Assembly: GCA_963824995.1 (NCBI GenBank)
Contig: CAWGRK010000011.1
Span: forward strand, 1-57,225
Length of the DNA stretch: 57,225 nucleotides
DNA from: an uncultured Actinomycetes bacterium
GTDB taxonomy: Bacteria > Actinomycetota > Acidimicrobiia > Spongiisociales > DATADW01
Reading direction: 5' to 3'
Shown: piece after piece, positions 9,322 through 20,213 of the stretch
Position numbering within the stretch: the first letter of the stretch is position 1
Layout of the letters: every line of letters starts with the position of its first letter
Notes under the pieces: generated by a model
What the model was told of the DNA's origin: nothing
What the model saw: the letters and a program-made list of their open reading frames with translations, nothing else
The model's database searches: none
Made by a program: the position numbers and the translations under genes

Positions 9322-10079
9322 TCAACGGCCTACATGTTCAGATCGAGGGTGCCGGGGAACCGGTGGTGCTCATCGCCGGTCTCGCCGGGAACGGGAGCGG
9401 GTGGGGCGACCAGATCGACCGTTTCGCCGCCGACCATCTCACCATCGTCCCCGACCACCCAGGTGTGGGCGCCTCGGCGCCGGTGGATGACATCAGCGTC
9501 GGCCAACACGCTGGAGCGATCGCCGGTGCGCTACGGGAGATCGGGTCTGACCCCGCCCACCTGGTGGGGTCGTCCACCGGTGGGGCAATTGCCATGGTCA
9601 TGGCGCTCGACCATCCCCATGTCGTCCGCTCGCTGTCGCTCGTTTCCTCCTGGGCCCGAGCCGACGACTTCTTCCGCCACCAGTTCGCCGTCCGCAAGGA
9701 GGCGCTGGAACGGCTCGGCACCGAGGCATACACCGAGCTCACCGCGCTCTTTCTCTTCTCTCCCCCGTTCTTCCAAAGGAGCTACCCGCAGGTGAGGGAT
9801 TGGTGCGACCGGGCCGTGGCGGTCGATCCATCGGTGATGGCGTCTCGGATCGACATGATCCTGGCCCACGACGTGCTCGATCGGCTCGGCGAGGTCCGCC
9901 ATCCCACCTTGGTGCTGGTGGGAGATCAGGATGGGTGCACACCGCCCTACTTCTCTGCCGAATTGGCGTCCGCCATCCCAGGCGCCGAGTTGAAAGTGCT
10001 CGAAGGGGGCCACCTCATCTACAAGGAAGATCCCGCCGGCTTCCACGCCACCGTGGCCGAGTTCATCGCCCGTCACTGA
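9318..10079 (+). CDS. Alpha/beta hydrolase, RutD-like
   Basis: GSSTGG nucleophile elbow, PTLVLVGDQD, GGH; ATGA overlap. Confidence 0.85.
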   Translation: MINGLHVQIEGAGEPVVLIAGLAGNGSGWGDQIDRFAADHLTIVPDHPGVGASAPVDDISVGQHAGAIAGALREIGSDPAHLVGSSTGGAIAMVMALDHPHVVRSLSLVSSWARADDFFRHQFAVRKEALERLGTEAYTELTALFLFSPPFFQRSYPQVRDWCDRAVAVDPSVMASRIDMILAHDVLDRLGEVRHPTLVLVGDQDGCTPPYFSAELASAIPGAELKVLEGGHLIYKEDPAGFHATVAEFIARH

Positions 10080-10132
10080 GATGTGCCCGCTGCGAGAACG
10101 AGCGTCGCGTCGGCCTCCACTACCTGGAAGCC

Positions 10133-10981
10133 GTGACGGTGCTTCTACAGCGAGTCCGCAGTGCTCACCCCACCGCAGGCCTGTTCGAAGCTGCTGATCT
10201 GCAGTGGTGGTGGTCGCAGAGGCCGCGCTCCACCGACAACCTCCCTCAGCTCTTCTGGTTCGATCACCTCGGTCGCCCGGAAGCCGCGATGATCGCCACC
10301 GAGTCGCCGCTTCGGACGCAGCTCGACCCGATGGTCATGCCCGACGCAACTCCCGACTGGGTTGCACATGTCATCGAGCGCGGGCTCGCTCATGCCCGTG
10401 AGTCAGGACTTGAAGCCGTCGGCCTGGAGGTTGACCGCGCCGATGACGTCCTGCGCGATGTGTTGGTCGGGCATGGCTTCGCGATCGAGGAAGACGGACT
10501 GGTCGAGACATGGCTGGCCGCAGACACTCGACCAGCGATCAGCCCGCTGCACGAGGGCTATCGGCTGTCCAATCGCCTCGGCACGATGCAGCGTCCGCAT
10601 CACATGATCAGTCCCAAACGGAACAACCCCGACCCCGAGCCGCGTCTTCGTCAGACTTCGCTGTACCGCCCCGACCTCGACCTGGTGGTACACGACAGCC
10701 GAGACGACGTGGCGGCGTACGGGTTGTTCTGGTACGACCCCGTGACCGCCACGGGTCTCATCGAACCCATGCGCACTGAAGACGACCATCAACGACGAGG
10801 TCTTGCCCGCCACATCCTCACCACCGGCATCGACCTCCTCGTCGCGGCCGGCGCAGAGCGCATCAAGATTTGTTACGAACCGGACAATCCGGCATCAGGA
10901 AGTCTCTACCTCAGCGCAGGATTCAAACCCGACAGGCAGACCGTGATCTTCGCAGGCACGACGAGCGGAGGAACTTCGTAA
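10133..10981 (+). CDS. GNAT family N-acetyltransferase (start uncertain)
   Basis: EPMRT..HQRRGLAR acetyl-CoA motif and LYLSAGF. Confidence 0.78.
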   Translation: MTVLLQRVRSAHPTAGLFEAADLQWWWSQRPRSTDNLPQLFWFDHLGRPEAAMIATESPLRTQLDPMVMPDATPDWVAHVIERGLAHARESGLEAVGLEVDRADDVLRDVLVGHGFAIEEDGLVETWLAADTRPAISPLHEGYRLSNRLGTMQRPHHMISPKRNNPDPEPRLRQTSLYRPDLDLVVHDSRDDVAAYGLFWYDPVTATGLIEPMRTEDDHQRRGLARHILTTGIDLLVAAGAERIKICYEPDNPASGSLYLSAGFKPDRQTVIFAGTTSGGTS

Positions 10982-11130
10982 CCGTGCTCTCGGGCTCCGG
11001 GGCCGGGCGAAACGGTTCAGACGGGCGCTGACTTCTCGGAAGACGCGAGCGGCGTGATGTCCGCTATCGCAAACCTGGGTCTGACAAACCGAGGCCTATG
11101 CACGGAATCCTCGCCGCTGAATAGCTCCTG

Positions 11131-11555
11131 CTATTCCTCTTGATCCTTCCACGGACCGAGTCCATACACACGCTCGATGGCGACATGGACCACGAAGCCG
11201 GGAGGTGCATCGCGCATCGGGAACTCCGCCCCGGGTCCGATGTAGTACTCAGCCAGGCGATCCATCACCGCCAGTGCTCCACCCTCGGAGATGCGAGCCT
11301 TCCCCCGAACCACGAGGTAAGGATGTAGCCCCTCACCGTCGTGCTCGTTCGCTTGGAATGAAACGGTGACCCACGGGTCGCGGCGCAGGCAGTCCAGCTT
11401 GTGCTGGTCGAAGAAGGAGGCGAACACCAATCCGTCGTCTTCGAACCCCGCCCACACCAGCGTCACGTGCGGGGTCCCGTCGGGGTTGAGCGTCACCAGA
11501 TGACCGAGCGGTCCGTCCCTCAAGACTCGCGGGCGCCTTGGGTCACCGTGTCCAC
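11131..11555 (-). CDS. PPOX class F420-dependent oxidoreductase (probable frameshift near 11530)
   Basis: LVTLNPDGTPHVTLVW and LRRDPWVTVS; upstream GTG at 11555 is out of frame by one base. Confidence 0.8.
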
Positions 11556-11601
11556 AGACTCGATGCTATCCCCCCCGACGGCCTGTGCCATCCTGCAAGA
11601 T

Positions 11602-11997
11602 ATGGATTCCAAACCCACTGTCTGGCCGGTTCTCGTCTATCGCGATGCCCCCGCCGCCATCCGGTTCCTGGTAGATGCGCTCGGGTTCGAGGAGCGGCTG
11701 GTCGTCCCTGGTGATGACGACCCCGTCGTCAGCCATGCCGAGTTCGTATGGCCCGAAGGAGGTGGGGTCATGCTGCACAGCGCCGATCGCGACGACAGCG
11801 TGTTCTCGCGCAAGCCAACCGGAGCGGCATCGGTTTACGTGGTCACCGACCACCCCGACGAAGTCCACGATCGGGCGGTCGCCGCCGAAGCAGAGTTGAT
11901 CCAACCGCTGCAGGACGAAGACTACGGGTCCCGTGGCTTCACGGTCGCCGACCCGGAGGGGAATCTCTGGAGCTTTGGCACGTACCGGGGAGAGTGA
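11602..11997 (+). CDS. VOC/glyoxalase family protein
   Basis: YRDAPAAIRFL..ALGF and DYGSRGFTVADPEGNLWSFGTY. Confidence 0.9.
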   Translation: MDSKPTVWPVLVYRDAPAAIRFLVDALGFEERLVVPGDDDPVVSHAEFVWPEGGGVMLHSADRDDSVFSRKPTGAASVYVVTDHPDEVHDRAVAAEAELIQPLQDEDYGSRGFTVADPEGNLWSFGTYRGE

Positions 11998-13738
11998 CCG
12001 TGCCCGATGAGACCACAGCCAGCATGGAGATCGAATGGGACGTTCCCATCGAGATGGACGACGGGATCGTGCTGCGCTCCGATGTGTTCCGTCCATCGGA
12101 CGGAGACCCTCATCCGGTGATCCTCACCTACGGGCCTTACGCCAAGGGCCTGGCGTTTCAAGAGGGATATCCCGACCAGTGGCGGAGGATGGTCGAACAG
12201 CACCCCGACGTGGCCGCCGGGTCGAGCAATGTGTACCAGAACTGGGAGGTGGTGGACCCCGAGAAATGGGTCCCCGAGGGCTACGTGTGCGTCAGGGTCG
12301 ATTCCCGGGGCGCCGGCAGGTCGCCGGGGTACATAGACCACTTCTCACCCCGCGAGACCGCCGACCTGGCGACGTGCATCGCCTGGGCGGCGGAGCAGCC
12401 GTGGTCATCGGGAAAGGTGGGCCTCAACGGGATCTCCTACTACGGGATCAACCAGTGGCACGTCGCTTCGCTCCAGCCGCCGGGGCTCGCCGCGATGTGC
12501 GTCTGGGAGGGCGCCGCCGACTGGTACCGGGACATGACCCACCATGGCGGCATCGTTTCCACCTTCTGGGCGAACTGGTACGACATGCAGGTGAAGACCG
12601 TCCAGCACGGGTTGGGTGACCGCGGTCCCCGGCACCCGGTGACCGGTGTCAACGTCTGCGGAGACGCCACCATGACCGACGAAGAGCTCGCCGCCAATCG
12701 GGCCGATTTCGGCGGCGAGATCAGGGCGCACCCGCTCGACGACTCCTACCACCGGGATCGCTCAGCCCGGTTCGAGCGGATCGTCACCCCGCTCCTCTCG
12801 GCTGGCAACTGGGGCGGGCACGGTCTTCACCTCCGAGGCAACACTGAGGGCTTCACCCGGTCCGCCTCCGACCAGAAGTGGCTCGAGATGCACGGGATCG
12901 AGCACTGGACCCACTTCTACACCGACTACGGCCGCCGCCTCCAACTCGAGTTCTTCGATCACTTCCTCAAGGGGAACCGACAACGGGTGGGATGAAAGGC
13001 CGCCGGTTCTGCTCCAGGTGCGGCGGATCGACGACTTCGTCGAGCGAGCGGAGGAGGGCTGGCCGATCCCAAGGACGGTTTGGACCCGGCATCACCTCTG
13101 GCCGGACGGGACGCTGCGGGCCGACTCTCCGGACGAGGCTGAGATCTCCTTCGAGGCTCTCGGCGATGGCCTCGACTTCACCGCTGAGCCATTCAAAACC
13201 GAGACCGAGTTCACCGGCCCCCTCTCGGCGAGGTTGTGCGGTGTCCTCTACCACCGAGGACGCCGATCTCTTTCTCGTTCTCCGTCTGCTCGACCCCGAC
13301 GGCGCCGAGGTCACCTTCCAGGGCGCACTCGACCCGCATACCCCCCTCGCCCATGGATGGCTGCGCGCCTCGCACCGCGAGCTCGACCCCGCCCTCTCCG
13401 AGGAATGGCGCCCCTTCCACACCCACAGCCGGCCGCAACCGCTCCGTCCGGGTGAGGTGGTCGAGGTCGAGGTGGAGATCTGGCCGACGAGCATCGTCGT
13501 CCCACCTGGATACCGGCTGGCCCTATCGGTCAGAGGGAAGGACTACGAGTACCGGGGAAGCGACACCGGCGGTGAGGAGATCGCCAGCTTCAAGAACCGG
13601 TTCACCGGCGTAGGGCCGTTTCTCCACGACGATCCCGAGGACCGACCTCCCGAGATATTTGGCGGAGTCACCACTCTTCACTTCGGTCCCGATCGACCGA
13701 ACTCGATCCTGCTTCCGGTGATCCCGCCGTCTGACTGA
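11994..13738 (+). CDS. CocE/NonD family hydrolase 1 (frameshifts near 12975 and 13240)
   Basis: DSRGAGRS and GISYYG; C-terminal GWLRASHR domain is split across three frames. Confidence 0.88.
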
Positions 13739-13747
13739 TCCGCTCGG

Positions 13748-14080
13748 TCACAGCCCGGAGGTGAGGTAGCCGGCGAGCAATCGGCTCCCGGCGTCGAGAC
13801 GCTCGGCCATCTCGGGCCGGCCGGCGGTTCGGTACACCTGGGCGGCCGCTTCCCGCTCCTCCATCTCGCCGCGCACCAAATGGGCGACTTCGTCCTCGGT
13901 GAGTTGCCGTCTCGGTACCTCGGTGGGCCCGACGACCGGCCATGACTTCGTGGTCGCCAGCGGAACAGCTTCGGCGTTGCCAATAGCCGCCAGCGTGGTT
14001 CGCAACACCGAAACGGTCTCGGTATCGCGCCGCTTGAGCGCATCAGGCAGATCGGCGCTCATGAGCTGTCGGATGTCCAT
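13748..14080 (-). CDS. GatB/YqeY-like small helical protein
   Basis: ALKRRD..VLRTTLAAIGNAE..EVPRRQLT. Confidence 0.7.
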   Translation of the reverse strand: MDIRQLMSADLPDALKRRDTETVSVLRTTLAAIGNAEAVPLATTKSWPVVGPTEVPRRQLTEDEVAHLVRGEMEEREAAAQVYRTAGRPEMAERLDAGSRLLAGYLTSGL

Positions 14081-14133
14081 GGGCGGGCGAAGTTAGTCCC
14101 GCCCGGTCCGCGTCGGCTCGGAATTGGCCAGGT

Positions 14134-15006
14134 TCAGGCTGCAACCACCACCACGATGGCGGTCCCGCCCAGCATGGCGGCGGTCCCGATGAGGAATCGC
14201 ACGTTGAACCGCTCGAACGGCTCGTGGAAGAGCAGTGGCACCAAGGCAACCACGACGAGGGTCGACAGTTGTTGGATCGTGATGGAGACGGCGATGGTCG
14301 TCAGCCCGAACGAGAGCCACTGGGCTGATATGGCGAGGGTGCTCACCGCCCCGCCGAGCGCGATCCACCCGAGTGCGGCGCGCGGGAGCGGGCGGCGCCA
14401 TGCGGCGCGTGCCGACAGGGCAACCGCGTAGACCACGACGCACACCGCCAACCCGGCGGTCAGCCCGAGGAGCGGCTGGTCGAAGCCACGCATCCCGAAC
14501 CGGATGAGCAAAGGGCTGGTCCCCCACAGAGCAGCGACCCCCACCGCGAACCACGGTCTGGCCCAACCCCCGTCATCCGACCGGCCGCTCATCGAGATCA
14601 GTGCAACACCACCGGCCGCCAGCGTCACACCGGCGGCGATCCCCCAGGTCAGCGGCTCGTCGAGGAAGGCCGCAGCGAGCAGAGTTCCCACCAGAGGAGA
14701 AGCCGCCACAAGCGCCCCCGTCCGGGCGACACCGATCCGCTGCTGGCTCAGGGCGAGCAGTGTCCAAGCACCCACGAAGTGGATGAGGGTGGCCACGACG
14801 AAGGCGAGCAGCGATGCGAATGGGGCGTTGCCGAGAAGCCCGAGGTCCCCGACCAGCAGGGCTCGCGTGAGGAGGAGCGTCTCCACGACTACCAGCAACC
14901 CGAAAGTGGTCCGGTAGGCGTCGATCAACTGGTTGCTCTTGCGGTTGAGCAACTGGCCGACCCCGAAGCAGATTGCGGCCACCAGGGCCCAGCCGGTCCC
15001 GGTCAA
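14134..15006 (-). CDS. DMT/EamA family transporter
   Basis: About ten hydrophobic segments in two EamA-like repeats (FLDEP, FHEP). Confidence 0.85.
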   Translation of the reverse strand: MTGTGWALVAAICFGVGQLLNRKSNQLIDAYRTTFGLLVVVETLLLTRALLVGDLGLLGNAPFASLLAFVVATLIHFVGAWTLLALSQQRIGVARTGALVAASPLVGTLLAAAFLDEPLTWGIAAGVTLAAGGVALISMSGRSDDGGWARPWFAVGVAALWGTSPLLIRFGMRGFDQPLLGLTAGLAVCVVVYAVALSARAAWRRPLPRAALGWIALGGAVSTLAISAQWLSFGLTTIAVSITIQQLSTLVVVALVPLLFHEPFERFNVRFLIGTAAMLGGTAIVVVVAA

Positions 15007-15289
15007 TGCCAGCTCACCCGATCCCGGCCACCTCGAGGAGGGCGCGCGACTCGCAACGAGGCCAGCGCCGGGTCGGTGAGCATCCCGGCGAGGTCGGCCT
15101 GGGCGAGATTAGGAAGCGACCGGGCACTCTCGGCGGCGGCCGGCATCCGGAAGCGCCGCTGGTGGCCCTCGGACATCACGAGCCACAGCGGCGGTGACAT
15201 GGCGGGCGACGGTAGCAGTGCACCGGAACCGCTCACCGAGGCAAGCCCGAGAGCCTTGCATTACGCTCGTTTGGGCGAAGGGAGGTCGC

Positions 15290-16976
15290 ATGGGAGGATG
15301 GGAGTCCCCGCCGTCGCGCCGGCAGTTCATTGCCGCCGTGGCAGCAAGCAGCGGCGCGCTACTCGTCGGAGGTAGCAGTCTCCGGGAAGCACCAGCTTTG
15401 GCGGCCGGTGACCCACCCTGGATTGAGGCCACAATCCCCGAGCTGCAACGGATGATGCGGCAGCGCCGGCTCTCCAGCGTCGCACTGACCCGGGGATACC
15501 TGCGCCGCATCCGCCAGATCGACCCAGTCCTCCATTCGGTGATCGAGACCAACCCGGACGGCGCTCGCCATCGCCGCCCGGCGCGACGCCGAGCGAGCCG
15601 CCGGTAGGTCGCGCGGTCCGCTGCACGGCATCCCCATCCTGGTCAAGGACAACATCGCCACCGACGACGCCATGGAGACCACGGCCGGGCTCGCTCGCGC
15701 TGGTCGGCAGCCGGGTCCCGGCGCGACGCTCCGTTCGTGACGCGGCTGCGGCCGGCCGGCGCCGTGATCCTCGGCAAGGCGAACCTCTCCGAGTGGGCCA
15801 ACTTCCGAGGCGGCCGCCCGATGGCATCTTCATCAACGGCTGGAGCGCCCGCGGGCGGGTTCACCCGCAACCCCTACGTGCTCGACTTCGACCCGTGCGG
15901 CTCCATCGTCCGGCTCGGCGGTGGCGCCGGCGGCCAACCTGTGCGCCGCGGCGGTCGGCACCGAGACCGACGGCTCGATCGTCTGCCCGGCCGGGAACAA
16001 CCTCGTGGTCGGGTCTGAAGCCCACGCTGGGTCTGGTCTCGCAGCAGGGGATCATCCCGATCGCCCACAGCCAGGACACCGCCGGTCCGATGGCCCGCAC
16101 CGTCACCGACGTGGCCGTCCTCCTCGGGCCCATGGCGACCGCCTTCGGAGAGGTCGCCGGGCGGAGGGCTGCCGCGCGATTACCAGCAGTTCCTGCGGCG
16201 CGGAGCGCTGCGCGGGTGCCCGGATCGGCATCGACCGGCGCATGTTCCTGGAGGAGTACTTCGCCCTGCCCGAGCTCAACGCGGTGGTCGAAGAGGCCAT
16301 CGGAGTCATGGCGTCGCTGGGGGCGGTAATCGTCGACCCGGTGGACACCGGCGACCCCTTCGCCTTCTTCGACGACGAGTTCACCGTGCTGCTCCACGAG
16401 TTCAAGGTCGACATTGCCGCCTACCTGCGCCCGGTACGGCGCACCCGTATGCGGACTCTCGCCGACCTGATCGCCTTCAACCTGGAGAACTGCGAGGCCG
16501 AGATGACCTACCTCGACCAGAGCATCTTCGAGGCATCGCAGGCAACCAGTGGCGACCCCGAGGATCCGGTCTACTTGGCGGCCCGGGCCAACTCACTCGC
16601 CTTGGCTCGGGACGAGGGGATAGAGCGGGTGATGGCGGAGCACGACCTCGACGCCGTGCTCTCGCCCTCGTATGCCTTCGGGTCATCGGCGCCGGCGGTC
16701 GCCGGCTACCCGAGCATCTCGGTCCCAGTCGGACTCGCAAGCACAGGATGGCCCGCCGGGATCTGGATGTACGCCCGCTTCCTCGAAGAACCGAAGCTCC
16801 TCGCCTACGGCTACGACCTCGAGCAAGAGCTTCAGGTGCGGGTACAACCCGGCTTCCAGGGCGAGGTTCCCGATCCGCCCCCGCCGCTCGGGCTTTGCGA
16901 CGACCCGGGAGCTGCCGGCGATCGTCAAGCGCGCCCCGGCTACTTCCGGGGCCGCCCGATCCCGGTTCACCACTGA
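15290..16976 (+). CDS. Amidase-signature enzyme with Tat signal (many frameshifts in 15555-16230)
   Basis: SRRQFIAA Tat motif; [52 protein letters not shown] across frames. Confidence 0.85.
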
Positions 16977-17038
16977 CCCGAGGCTCTGCGGACGCGCCAT
17001 CCTGCTAGATAGCTCGAGGTCGCCGAGGAGGACTGAGG

Positions 17039-17728
17039 ATGACCAGGTTGGTCGATCTGTCACAGGACATCTATGAGGGCATGCAGGTATACCCCGGCCA
17101 TTTGAAGACAGTCACCTTTCAGCACGCCACCCATGAGGAGACGGCGGTGCGCTTCGAGGGAGGCTTCTCCTTTCAAACCTGGGGGTTCATGCTCAACGAC
17201 AACGGGCCCACGCATGTCGACTCGTTCTCGCACCTCGACCCCGACCCCGGTGCGGCGACCATCGACCAGATGCCGCTCGAGTTGTTCTACGGGCCCGCCA
17301 TCTGTCTCGACGTGTCGCACGTGCCCGAGCACACCGACGTCACCGCAGAGCATCTCGACGCGGCGCTGGAGCAGAGCGGTCTGACCTTCGACAAGGGCGA
17401 TCTCTGTTTCTTCTACACCGCCACCTATGACCGCTATCGGGGCACCCCCGAGTACCTGAGCCGGTTCCCCGGCCTCGGGGCCAGCGCCGCCGAGTGGATC
17501 GTGGACAAAGGGGTCAAGGCCTTCGGCGTCGACTCCCCGACCCCTGACAATCCGGTGTCGAAGACCTACCCGACCCACATGATGTCGCGCCGCGAGCACA
17601 TCACCCACTACGAGAACCTGGTCCTGACCGAGGTCGTCGGTAAGCGGTTCACCTTTATCGGCTTCCCGCTCAAAGTGATCGGTGCCCACGGCGGACCGAC
17701 CCGGGCGGTAGCGCTCCTCGACGACTGA
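17039..17728 (+). CDS. Cyclase family (kynurenine formamidase-like) metal hydrolase
   Basis: LVDLSQ, THVD..SH, GVDSPTPD, ENL, FPLK..GGPTRAVA. Confidence 0.88.
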   Translation: MTRLVDLSQDIYEGMQVYPGHLKTVTFQHATHEETAVRFEGGFSFQTWGFMLNDNGPTHVDSFSHLDPDPGAATIDQMPLELFYGPAICLDVSHVPEHTDVTAEHLDAALEQSGLTFDKGDLCFFYTATYDRYRGTPEYLSRFPGLGASAAEWIVDKGVKAFGVDSPTPDNPVSKTYPTHMMSRREHITHYENLVLTEVVGKRFTFIGFPLKVIGAHGGPTRAVALLDD

Positions 17729-17744
17729 CCGGCCCGAAGCCCGT

Positions 17745-17829
17745 CAACCCAGGGTTGGAGACTACCGCCACGGTTGCTGGCAACCCTGGGTTGGAGGCGC
17801 GCCGAGACGCGCTGCGGGCCCACAGAACG
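17745..17829. repeat. Palindromic REP-like element between convergent genes
   Basis: 13-bp inverted repeat CAACCCAGGGTTG (17745-17757) / CAACCCTGGGTTG (17781-17793); 17776-17829 resembles the reverse complement of 43328-43382. Confidence 0.75.
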
Positions 17830-17836
17830 CCGCCGA

Positions 17837-19012
17837 TCAGGCGGCTGGATCAACCAAACCGAACTTCCATGAGGGGTCGCCGGGGACCATGGTTCCCTGC
17901 ACTTGCGACCGGTCACCCATCTCCCTGGCGCGGGCAACGACCGCTCGCCCGAGGGCGAGTTGGCTCTGCTCCCACTCGGCCAATGCCTCGTCCAAGTCCG
18001 AAGACCTCTTGATGGCGTCACGCAGCGCCCAGGCATCGGCGCAAGCCTTGGCCTGACCGGCGGCGAGATGGGGTCGTGCCACGAAGGCGGCGTCCCCCAT
18101 GAGACACACCCGACCGAAGACGAGGCGCGGGCTCTCCAGATCGACCACCGCCTGGATGAGGGTCTCGTGTGCTCCGGTGACCACTTCCGCCAGCGTCGGG
18201 GCAAGTTCCTCTTCGGCAACTGCGCGCATCTCGTCGAGGTGGGCGGGGTCGATCGCTCCCGGCGGGACGGTCCAAGTGCGGCGTTCGCCCCACCGGTCGG
18301 TCATCAGCGATTCGAAGGCACCCCCTGTCGGTGCATTGCGGTACCAAACCGAGTTGACCTGTCGGCCACCGGTCACGGGATCGTCGCCCGGGATGGCGTA
18401 GGCCAGGATATGGCTGTGGTCGAGTACCTGGTAGAGCATCGCATCGGCCAAGTCGGCCCTTGCCCCCTCCGATAGCGCGGCTTCGTCGGTGACCCCGCGC
18501 CAGGCGACGTATCCCGAGTATCGGGGAGTCACCTCTGGGAGGAGGATGGAGCGGGCTGTCGAGGCGATCCCATCGGCGCACACCAGGATGTCACCCTCGA
18601 CGGTATCGCCGGCGGCAAGACGCATGACGACACCCGACCCGGCCGCTTCGAAACCGACCATCTCACTCCCCAGGTGATAACGACTCTCGTCGAAGGCGCC
18701 GAGAAGGGCTCTGTACAAAGTGCTCCACCCGGTGAAGCGGTAACCATCGGGGTCGGCCGAGATGACCCGGCCGGCATGGTCGAGGTATGTCCAGTTCTCG
18801 AGCCGGAGACTGACCCGGCGTCCCTCGCCACCCCGTTCGACGAAGTAGCGCTCTGTCACCGGGAGCACCACGATCCCCGCCCCACGGTCGCGCAGCGGAT
18901 GGGGGGACCGCTCGTACACATCGACCTCGCACCCGAGTTCGGAGAGCAGGACGGCCGCGGTGAGACCACCGATCGATCCGCCCGCAACCAGGATGCGGGG
19001 GCGCGATCTCAA
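17837..19012 (-). CDS. FAD-dependent monooxygenase, 2,6-dihydroxypyridine 3-hydroxylase (DhpH)-like
   Basis: GGSIGGL, YERSP..GAGIV, ADG, YSGYVAWRG, GDAAFVARPHLAAGQAKA, C-terminal PGDPSWKFGL; resembles Arthrobacter DhpH as recalled. Confidence 0.8.
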   Translation of the reverse strand: MRSRPRILVAGGSIGGLTAAVLLSELGCEVDVYERSPHPLRDRGAGIVVLPVTERYFVERGGEGRRVSLRLENWTYLDHAGRVISADPDGYRFTGWSTLYRALLGAFDESRYHLGSEMVGFEAAGSGVVMRLAAGDTVEGDILVCADGIASTARSILLPEVTPRYSGYVAWRGVTDEAALSEGARADLADAMLYQVLDHSHILAYAIPGDDPVTGGRQVNSVWYRNAPTGGAFESLMTDRWGERRTWTVPPGAIDPAHLDEMRAVAEEELAPTLAEVVTGAHETLIQAVVDLESPRLVFGRVCLMGDAAFVARPHLAAGQAKACADAWALRDAIKRSSDLDEALAEWEQSQLALGRAVVARAREMGDRSQVQGTMVPGDPSWKFGLVDPAA

Positions 19013-19374
19013 CCGAGCAACTCGACGGTGACGAACCGGAGCACCGTGTCACCCACATTCTCCAGATCGTGGATCATCACGTCGTCCGGAGTGTGCGTGA
19101 GGAACATGGTGTCCCCGTCGCCGTAGTCCCTCACCACGTAGCGGCCGTCGTCGAACCGCTGCAGCCCCAGACTGCCGGACACGACGGTCCAGAAATAGGG
19201 GCGGATGTGGGCATGGAACGGCCCCCGCTCGCCGGGTTGGAGGGTGATATCCCACACCTTGAGCCGCTCGTTCTCGAAACGCAGCGTCGTTCCCACCGCC
19301 AGGTTGCCTGGCGCATCGACCAGTTCCTCCTGGTAGTCGGAGGGGTCGAAATGCCCTTCCTCGATGATGCTCAT
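19009..19374 (-). CDS. Cupin domain protein
   Basis: LRFENERLKVW..LQPGE..HAH..HDLENVG. Confidence 0.85.
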   Translation of the reverse strand: MSIIEEGHFDPSDYQEELVDAPGNLAVGTTLRFENERLKVWDITLQPGERGPFHAHIRPYFWTVVSGSLGLQRFDDGRYVVRDYGDGDTMFLTHTPDDVMIHDLENVGDTVLRFVTVELLG

Positions 19375-19399
19375 CCGCTCACCTCACTCGATCGGTTGT

Positions 19400-20193
19400 C
19401 TATGCATTGTTCTGTAAGAGGAACGGCCCGACCGCAGCGAGAACGGTCCGGATCCTGAAGTTGCGGGGCGTGTCCCAGACCTTCGAGACGAATCAACTGC
19501 GAGCCGTCGATGAGCACCATGAAGTTGCCCTGCCATCGCCGCCGGTGTCGCCGCGTCCTCGCTCCCGACGATGATCAACGTCGGATTGTGAACGGACGCG
19601 GCATCGATCGAGTAGTCCACCCTGGCGAGCGCATGACAGGCCGTAGCGAATATTCCCGGCCGCGTGGCGAGCAACACCCGGCGGCGCTCGTCGGCCTCCT
19701 CGGGGTGGGACTCGATGTACGGCCGGGGGAAAATCCTCTCGAGGGCCCGCTCGACGACGGCCTCCATACCGCCTTCGGTCGCAGCCGATGCCATCGTCGA
19801 GAACGCCCCGGCCGCATCTGCTGGAAAGCTGGCACCACATCCCACTAAGACGAGGCGGTCGAACCGATCGCCATGACGGACCGCGGTCCCGAGGGCGACG
19901 AATGCTCCGAGCCCGTTTCCCATGATCGCCGTGGTCGCCGGGTCGAGTTCGCCTGCCTCGAGCAACTCCCCCACCACATCGGCATTGGCGTCGATCGAAG
20001 CCTCCACCGCCGGCGTCGATCCGAAACCGGGAAGGTCGATGGCGTGAACCGTCCAATTCGCTGTCAGCGCCGGCACGGCCATGTCGAAGACGCCCCGATC
20101 GGTGAGGAGCGAATGGAGCAAGATCAGCGCCGGTCCGCGGCCGCCCCGCAGCATTGATACCGGCCCGATGGTGGTCTCGATCACCGCGTGCAC
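19400..20193 (-). CDS. Alpha/beta fold hydrolase, PcaD-like (C-terminal frameshifts near 19515 and 19440)
   Basis: LLHSL, DLPGFG, GNGLGA elbow, PTLIIVGSEDAATP; GHAPQLQDP in a shifted frame. Confidence 0.8.
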
Positions 20194-20213
20194 CCCACTA
20201 GCTTCCCGTCCTC

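Noticed and set aside
8106..10079. 657-aa ORF suggesting an OCD-hydrolase fusion
   Set aside because: A frameshift near 8800 explains it; the OCD C-terminus is in another frame and the hydrolase has its own ATGA-coupled start
15003..15236. 77-aa ORF upstream of the EamA gene
   Set aside because: No recognisable motif or RBS; cannot be supported
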